Assembly: GCF_018336915.1 (NCBI RefSeq)
Contig: NZ_CP064923.1
Span: 4,230,001-4,262,000, forward strand
Length of the DNA stretch: 32,000 bases
Source: Acaryochloris marina S15
GTDB lineage: Bacteria > Cyanobacteriota > Cyanobacteriia > Thermosynechococcales > Thermosynechococcaceae
Direction: 5' to 3'
A program made the translations under genes and the position numbers. Within the stretch, counting starts at the first letter, position 1, and the number at the start of each line of letters is the position of its first letter. A model generated the notes under the pieces. The model ran no database searches. It was not told the origin of the DNA and saw only the letters and a program-made list of their open reading frames with translations. Shown piece by piece: positions 27,554 to 32,000 of the stretch.

Positions 27554-28114
27554 ATGTCTTTGAAGATGTACTCCCAAGAAAATCTCACAGCTATGATTGT
27601 GCCATTTTATTTGGGTGAAAGACCTGATTCTGAAGGACGGAAAATACAAGAAATATGGGCATGGGATTTTGAAAAGCTAGAGTGTACCCATGATTACGTT
27701 CAATGGTTATTCCCCCTCACCGAACAAAGCCACTTTAATCCAAACGCACCAGTAGTTGATCAAGACGTTATCCGAGCATTTCGAGAAGACCCAAGACTAC
27801 AGCAACACTTGTCTCAGTCATTCTCAGTGATGCTGAATTTCTACGGTTTAGCTATTGCAAGTGATCAGAGAGTACAGATAACCATCAGTAAATCTGCACA
27901 CTACCCGCAGCGCAAGCAGGAATGGGTCAACATGCTTGACCATAATTACCTTCGTATTACCCGAATACTTAAGTGTTTAATAGCATTCGGATTAGAAGAA
28001 GAGGCCCGAGCCTTGTATAAGTGTTTGAGTCAGATTTATCGAGAAAATAGCGACCAGATTGGAGGTGAAACATTCCAGTACTGGACGAATGCAGCGAGCA
28101 CTTCTGATTGCTAA
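27554..28114 (+). CDS. Opioid growth factor receptor (OGFr) N-terminal-domain-related protein, bacterial homologue of unknown function
   Basis: 186 aa. FYLGERPDSEGRKIQEIWAWDFEKLECTHDYVQWLFPLTEQSHFNPNAPVV matches the conserved OGFr_N core (H.YIQWLFPL.E.S.FN..AP) as I remember it. Confidence 0.6.
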   Translation: MSLKMYSQENLTAMIVPFYLGERPDSEGRKIQEIWAWDFEKLECTHDYVQWLFPLTEQSHFNPNAPVVDQDVIRAFREDPRLQQHLSQSFSVMLNFYGLAIASDQRVQITISKSAHYPQRKQEWVNMLDHNYLRITRILKCLIAFGLEEEARALYKCLSQIYRENSDQIGGETFQYWTNAASTSDC

Positions 28115-28256
28115 GTTTATATTGCCAGCGTTCGGATACACTATTCCTCACTGCGACTTGCACAGAATGCTCAGGACTTCATGATGTTTGTAGGGGCGTT
28201 AAGTTTCTCTCGAACCCTTGCAACATAGATTCGTCTATTGAGTTCGGAGATTACAG

Positions 28257-28589
28257 ATGGCCGTTGATCAACAACTTGTTTCCGAAATCAAGGCGCAATT
28301 GGAAGATGATATTTTGCACTTTGCATGGATACTCCAAATTGCACGCATACTAAAGCCAGACCGCACGAAATCTAACTGGCTCAACTCCGTCCTTGACTCT
28401 GTTACAGCACTCCACAGCAGTGGTGATATTGTTGTAGGAAACGCGCACACTGCCCATGGCATGGTATTGATTGAACCTTGGTCAGAAATGGGCCAAGACT
28501 TACGAACGCGAATGGAGTCCGAGATTGAAACATCGGGTGATCGCGAGTTTTGCTTTTGGATTCAACATGTAAAACCTTTCGCCAAATAA
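28257..28589 (+). CDS. Hypothetical small protein (110 aa)
   Basis: ATG ORF on the same strand as its neighbours. The competing ORFs (28108-28353 plus strand, 28268-28462 and 28402-28605 minus strand) look less protein-like. I recognise no family. Confidence 0.45.
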   Translation: MAVDQQLVSEIKAQLEDDILHFAWILQIARILKPDRTKSNWLNSVLDSVTALHSSGDIVVGNAHTAHGMVLIEPWSEMGQDLRTRMESEIETSGDREFCFWIQHVKPFAK

Positions 28590-28690
28590 CCCATGGATGG
28601 GCCAAGCAGGCTATTCTGACTTGATTCTCTTGTTCGCATCAATTCTCGGTCCGACTATCCTGAAAATTTGACCCAGCATACGGTGATGGT

Positions 28691-29008
28691 ATGAGCAATA
28701 ACCACAAATCGCGGACTAAGGAGGCAAGGTTACGTATTCAAGCCGTGCAGACGATCTTAAAACGTTGGGATCCGATGGATCTTGCACCCGGTGAATTTGC
28801 TCCAGCAGACGAGTACGACAGCTACGCTCCCCACATCGTGTCGCTGGTTTTTCAGGGTTACTCAGCTGAGCAGATACTGGAACATCTACAGAGATTGCGA
28901 TCAGGCATGGTTTGTATGAGAGAAAATCCCCGGCATGACATAGAGATTGCAGGTGAGATTATCGCCACATTGCGTAACACCCTAGAAGGAAACGACCAGC
29001 AAACATAA
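28691..29008 (+). CDS. Small protein with a DUF1871-like motif (WDP...P.DEYDSY)
   Basis: 105 aa. ILKRWDPMDLAPGEFAPADEYDSYAPHIVSLV...SAEQILEHL resembles the small WDPIG...P.DEYD.Y family, often annotated DUF1871 and often found in immunity-protein-like contexts. The family name is from memory. Confidence 0.5.
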   Translation: MSNNHKSRTKEARLRIQAVQTILKRWDPMDLAPGEFAPADEYDSYAPHIVSLVFQGYSAEQILEHLQRLRSGMVCMRENPRHDIEIAGEIIATLRNTLEGNDQQT

Positions 29009-29182
29009 GTTTAATCAGCAGGTATCTCGATGTTGGCATCCAACAGACGGAACTACCATTTGTTCAAGAAGCACTCAAACCTAGTGGTTGAGCTTTACTC
29101 TAATTTTGATGACCTGATGGCGGTGTCATTGGGTTCCATCCATTGATCAAACTACGGGCATCAAGAATTTTTTGGCCCAGCA

Positions 29183-29797
29183 CTATAAGAAACACTCCAA
29201 ATGGGCTTTATATAAGGAAAAATCTACCACTAGGTCTAGTTGCTCCAACAATGCTTGCGAACCTGCTGGAGCGTAGGGTGCCAACAATCGCTCTAGGGTA
29301 AATCCTGTGTAGGCCATCGTATTTAAACCTTCTGATTTCAAACGCTCTGCCAGTAAAGCGAGAGCTGGAGCTTGCCAAAAGGGTTCTCCTCCGACAAAGG
29401 TCACCCCCTCATTCTTGGGATTGCGAACAATGATGTGAAACATGCGATCAATCGATATCAACTCATTAATTTCAAATGACCAAGATTGAGGATTTTCACA
29501 ATTAGAACAACCACGATGACATCCTTGCAACCACACTACCGCCCGACATCCTGGACCATTTTCTTCTGATGCATCCCAATATCCCATAACGTTCAAATAA
29601 CCGGGTGGCACTGCAATCAGGGATAGTAAGGGATCTATTTTCTGGGTTGTCTCTATCATGTTCAGTACCGTTATAAGGGTATCTATAGTTGCGATCGCAC
29701 CCATCATTCCTTGCCTAAATCTCCAATCAACCGCTTTGAGAACGCCTCTCTGAAAGTAGGGAAGGGCGACTAGGGTGAGTCGCCCAGAGCTGTTCAT
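29183..29797 (-). CDS. NrdG/PflA-like glycyl-radical-enzyme activase family radical-SAM protein (4Fe-4S single-cluster domain); the start is probably internal and the C-terminus is atypical
   Basis: ENGPGCRAVVWLQGCHRGCSNCENPQSW carries the CX3CX2C cluster motif in NrdG context. VTFVGGEP and AYTGFTLE...LDLVVD are also family-like. The homologous region begins near LNVMGYWD, so Met47 (29659) or Met31 (29707) may be the true start. The usual RGSxNQ-type tail is missing. Confidence 0.65.
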   Translation of the reverse strand: MNSSGRLTLVALPYFQRGVLKAVDWRFRQGMMGAIATIDTLITVLNMIETTQKIDPLLSLIAVPPGYLNVMGYWDASEENGPGCRAVVWLQGCHRGCSNCENPQSWSFEINELISIDRMFHIIVRNPKNEGVTFVGGEPFWQAPALALLAERLKSEGLNTMAYTGFTLERLLAPYAPAGSQALLEQLDLVVDFSLYKAHLECFL

Positions 29798-29830
29798 TCA
29801 AAGGAGATTGCAGCAATAGAAATCAGGGCG

Positions 29831-30496
29831 TTAAGATTCAGAGATCAGGGCAGGGTTATGGGGGCTGAGGTTACCCTGTGCTTCCACAGACTGGCAAGCC
29901 ACCATTGTTTTCACATGCTCCATTTCATCATCGCGAATATTGATAAACACGTCATATAGGTTATCCACGGCAGGACGACGTTCCTCAGGGACACGAGCCG
30001 ATTGAAACTCATCAAACATATAGAGATCGCCATCGCGATAATAGCTAACCGCTATCTGAGGTGCAGGTTGGACTTTGAGTTCCTCGGCATGATCATGGAG
30101 AAAGGAATTGTAAGTCTGATAGGCTTCCTGTTCGACTAACTCCATAAAATGGTAGGCCGAACGGGGTGACACCAAATAAAGCACCACAACAATCCAGTAG
30201 TACAGTAGCGCCACATGGCGAGCAAGAAACCGATCCATCCATTTTTTATCTCCACCCAACGCTTCCATAATCAGCAGATGATGGAGTTCATTCCAGGACT
30301 CAGCAAAGTGTACTTTCAGCCAATCGGCCCGTCGCCAAACCCCCAAGGTCTCATAAAAGTGGAGCACAGAGAGATAGGAAAAATAGGGAATTCGAGCCAC
30401 CGTTTCTAGGACATAAAAACGCGGAATGGAGCGATCTCGATAGACCGTTTTTAAGACAAAGACCAGAACACCAACCAGTAGTCGAATCATGGACAA
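29831..30496 (-). CDS. ptox: Plastoquinol (plastid-type) terminal oxidase, AOX-family di-iron carboxylate quinol oxidase
   Basis: 221 aa. FYVLETVARIPYFSYLSVLHFYETLGVWRRADWLKVHFAESWNELHHLLIMEALGG...SPRSAYHFMELVEQEAYQTY...DNLYDVFINIRDDEMEHVKTMVACQ aligns almost motif for motif with plant and cyanobacterial PTOX, including both ExxH iron-binding motifs. Confidence 0.9.
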   Translation of the reverse strand: MSMIRLLVGVLVFVLKTVYRDRSIPRFYVLETVARIPYFSYLSVLHFYETLGVWRRADWLKVHFAESWNELHHLLIMEALGGDKKWMDRFLARHVALLYYWIVVVLYLVSPRSAYHFMELVEQEAYQTYNSFLHDHAEELKVQPAPQIAVSYYRDGDLYMFDEFQSARVPEERRPAVDNLYDVFINIRDDEMEHVKTMVACQSVEAQGNLSPHNPALISES

Positions 30497-30551
30497 ACGT
30501 TCCCTCTAGCTACTGATTGCATCCTGCCTGATCCCTCTGAAAGCGGCAAGA

Positions 30552-30584
30552 TAGTTACCACAAGGCCCCCTTAGTTACCAAAAG
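30552..30584. promoter_or_regulatory. Direct repeat tagttacca(c/a)aag x2, spaced 20 bp start to start, 56-88 nt upstream of ptox
   Basis: 30552-30564 (tagttaccacaag) and 30572-30584 (tagttaccaaaag) match at 12 of 13 positions. They lie in the ptox/hxlR divergent intergenic region. Function is untested. Confidence 0.25.
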
Positions 30585-30663
30585 TAAAAAGCTAGGGCCA
30601 GATCTACCCTTGATGTACTTCTGAACAAATTCTTAAATTTTGGATAATCAGCTCCCTATTCCT

Positions 30664-30708
30664 TGACGTACCCTCTAGAAACGTCAGGATGGAAGTGTAC
30701 CCATCCTG
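30664..30708 (+). promoter_or_regulatory. Inverted repeat TGACGT-N11-ACGTCA overlapping an 8-bp stem hairpin just upstream of the HxlR-type gene start
   Basis: tgacgt (30664-30669) and acgtca (30681-30686) form the inverted repeat. caggatgg (30685-30692) pairs with ccatcctg (30701-30708) around an 8-nt loop, ending 6 nt before the ATG at 30715. Confidence 0.3.
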
Positions 30709-30714
30709 GGGTGA

Positions 30715-31080
30715 ATGATGGACGACACACAAAACTGTCTCAGCTCCTCCTGTCCGATTGAATATACCCTGGATAGAATTGGCGGCAAGTGGTCTATCCC
30801 CATTCTGCGAGAACTCTTTAGCAGTCCCCAACGCACCCATCAGCTCCAGTCAGCCCTACCTGGCATCAGTACCAAAACTCTGATGGTGCGGCTGCGAGAT
30901 TTAGAGGATCATGGCCTCGTCGAACGGCAGGTATTTGCAGAGGTCCCGTTGCATGTGGAATATTCCATCACCGAAAAGGGGCAACAAATTCAGCCCGTCT
31001 TGGCAGCCCTCTACCAAGTCGGACAACAATGGCTGGAGCAAGAAGACTGCCATTGCCCTCTAAACGAAAAAGTCGGTTAG
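30715..31080 (+). CDS. HxlR-family winged-helix transcriptional regulator
   Basis: 121 aa. CPIEYTLDRIGGKWSIPILRELFSSPQRTHQLQSALPGISTKTLMVRLRDLEDHGLVERQVFAEVPLHVEYSITEKG is the canonical HxlR-type HTH domain. Confidence 0.85.
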   Translation: MMDDTQNCLSSSCPIEYTLDRIGGKWSIPILRELFSSPQRTHQLQSALPGISTKTLMVRLRDLEDHGLVERQVFAEVPLHVEYSITEKGQQIQPVLAALYQVGQQWLEQEDCHCPLNEKVG

Positions 31081-31107
31081 TTCACCTCTTCTCTCTAATG
31101 GCAAGCG

Positions 31108-32000
31108 TTACAGATCGCTTTCGGGAATCTCTTCCTTAAAATCAACCACGAGCTGCATCGCTTCGAGGACTAAGCCCCGTAAATCCTGGGTCAGAGGGAC
31201 CTTTGCTTGGTCTCCAAACCAACGATCGAAGATCGACACATAGAACTCTTTACCTTGCAGATACCCTTGCATAAAGCGTACTAAGGAATAGTTGACCTGA
31301 TCCGCAAACTGAGAGTTATTTTCAGGCACCATGCAGGCAATTCCTTCTTTAGAAAAATACCCAATAACATCGAACTTGTTGGGATCTTTAGCCGTTTGCA
31401 GCCAGGCATCCAGTAGAATTCCATCGGCGGCGAACGCATCTACCTGCCCTTGCTGAAGGGCCTTATATCCTTCTGCATGAGTTTTAACGATCACGACTTG
31501 GGCTTGGGGCTGAGCCCGACGGATGGCTGTTTCATTGGTGGTCGCGGCCAGAGCCGCAATTTTCTTGTTTGCCAGGTCAGCCGTTTCCCACGCCGCATTT
31601 TGCTGCTTCACTAGCAAGCGAGTGCCTGTCAGACTGTAACTCACAGAGAAATCAATTTGCTTATCTCGTTCCCAGGTATAACTACTCGCATCACAAACAA
31701 TATCCACTTCACCTTGAACCAGTTTGGGAATCCGGTCTTCAGGGTTAATGGGCATCAGCTGGAGCTGAACCTCTCGTCCTAACTCCTTGGCTAACTGAGT
31801 TTGGATTAGCTTCAGCATATCAATCGAGTAGCCTTGCAATTGCCCTTGATCATCCGCAAATGCAAAGGGCTGTGCTTCTTGGCTAGTACCGGCAGTTAAC
31901 GTACCTGTACGTTGCACTTTTTCTAAGACTGATTCGGCGGCAGCAAACTGTACTCCCAAGACGGTGAATAGAGCTGTTAGGGTAGCAATGGTTGCCGACT
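31108..32000 (-). CDS. ABC transporter periplasmic substrate-binding protein, family 3 (polar amino acid type); the 5' end lies beyond the window
   Basis: GTLTAGTSQEAQPFAFADDQGQLQGYSIDMLK...DIVCDASSYTWERDKQIDFSVSY...VDAFAADGILL is the SBP_bac_3 pattern. The track start at 31959 is a TTG. The frame stays open to base 32000 and reads a signal-peptide-like ...SATIATLTALFTVLGVQFAAA, so the gene is partial. Confidence 0.8.
   Translation of the reverse strand, partial: SATIATLTALFTVLGVQFAAAESVLEKVQRTGTLTAGTSQEAQPFAFADDQGQLQGYSIDMLKLIQTQLAKELGREVQLQLMPINPEDRIPKLVQGEVDIVCDASSYTWERDKQIDFSVSYSLTGTRLLVKQQNAAWETADLANKKIAALAATTNETAIRRAQPQAQVVIVKTHAEGYKALQQGQVDAFAADGILLDAWLQTAKDPNKFDVIGYFSKEGIACMVPENNSQFADQVNYSLVRFMQGYLQGKEFYVSIFDRWFGDQAKVPLTQDLRGLVLEAMQLVVDFKEEIPESDL

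Larger units (their letters stand above)
3351..29698. repeat. HIP1 (highly iterated palindrome GCGATCGC), 14 dispersed copies
   Basis: Exact copies start at 3351, 6053, 7167, 10159, 11241, 13591, 14517, 16644, 21114, 24914, 25849, 26016 and 29691, plus the copy spanning 14517-24 that was counted once. About 0.5 copies would be expected by chance for an 8-mer palindrome in 32 kb (32000/65536). HIP1 enrichment is a known cyanobacterial signature. Confidence 0.9.

Noticed and set aside
28108-28605. Competing ORFs around the 110-aa gene (28108-28353 plus; 28268-28462 and 28402-28605 minus)
   Set aside because: They are mutually exclusive with the 28257-28589 ORF. That ORF shares its strand with the flanking genes and has a more balanced composition. 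None of them, including the one I kept, has homology support, so its confidence is modest.
1-32000. Looked for transposases, integrases, tRNA/tmRNA integration sites, CRISPR repeats, reverse transcriptases, restriction-modification or toxin-antitoxin pairs
   Set aside because: No ORF carries the corresponding motifs (DDE, tyrosine or serine recombinase, YxDD, methyltransferase motifs). No regularly spaced repeats were seen. The accessory-looking patches therefore cannot be called mobile elements or known defence systems.

Overview
This looks like a cyanobacterial chromosomal segment. The HIP1 octamer GCGATCGC occurs 14 times, and chlB, a plastid-type terminal oxidase (PTOX), desC, a cyanobacterial-type gshA and nfuA are all present. 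I can support about 37 protein-coding regions, two of which run off the window ends. I found no rRNA, tRNA, CRISPR array, transposase or integrase.

Most genes are housekeeping: fba (3' end), a LysM-M23 peptidase, trmL, gshA, hisA, murD, a Zn-dependent dehydrogenase, desC, a ynbB-like PLP enzyme, nfuA, gcvT-gcvH, chlB, thrS and a YcaQ-like DNA glycosylase.

Three patches look accessory:
- 6.6-9.5 kb: a run of six small minus-strand genes (SUKH-like, VOC, DUF4177, HAD-like, Cys-rich membrane protein, unknown).
- 17.3-21.3 kb: a DUF4344-type metallopeptidase divergent from a 484-aa secreted protein of unknown function, then a small gene split by an in-frame amber codon, then a class-A beta-lactamase-like hydrolase.
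- 27.3-31.1 kb: an OGFr-like protein and two small proteins, followed by an HxlR regulator divergent from PTOX plus an orphan NrdG-like radical-SAM activase.

I do not see a canonical defence or mobile system. The HxlR/PTOX/activase cluster is the most unusual arrangement, and the unknown secreted protein paired with the DUF4344 peptidase is second. All family assignments come from motif recognition by eye, not from database searches. Several perfect palindromic stem-loops sit where terminators would be expected.
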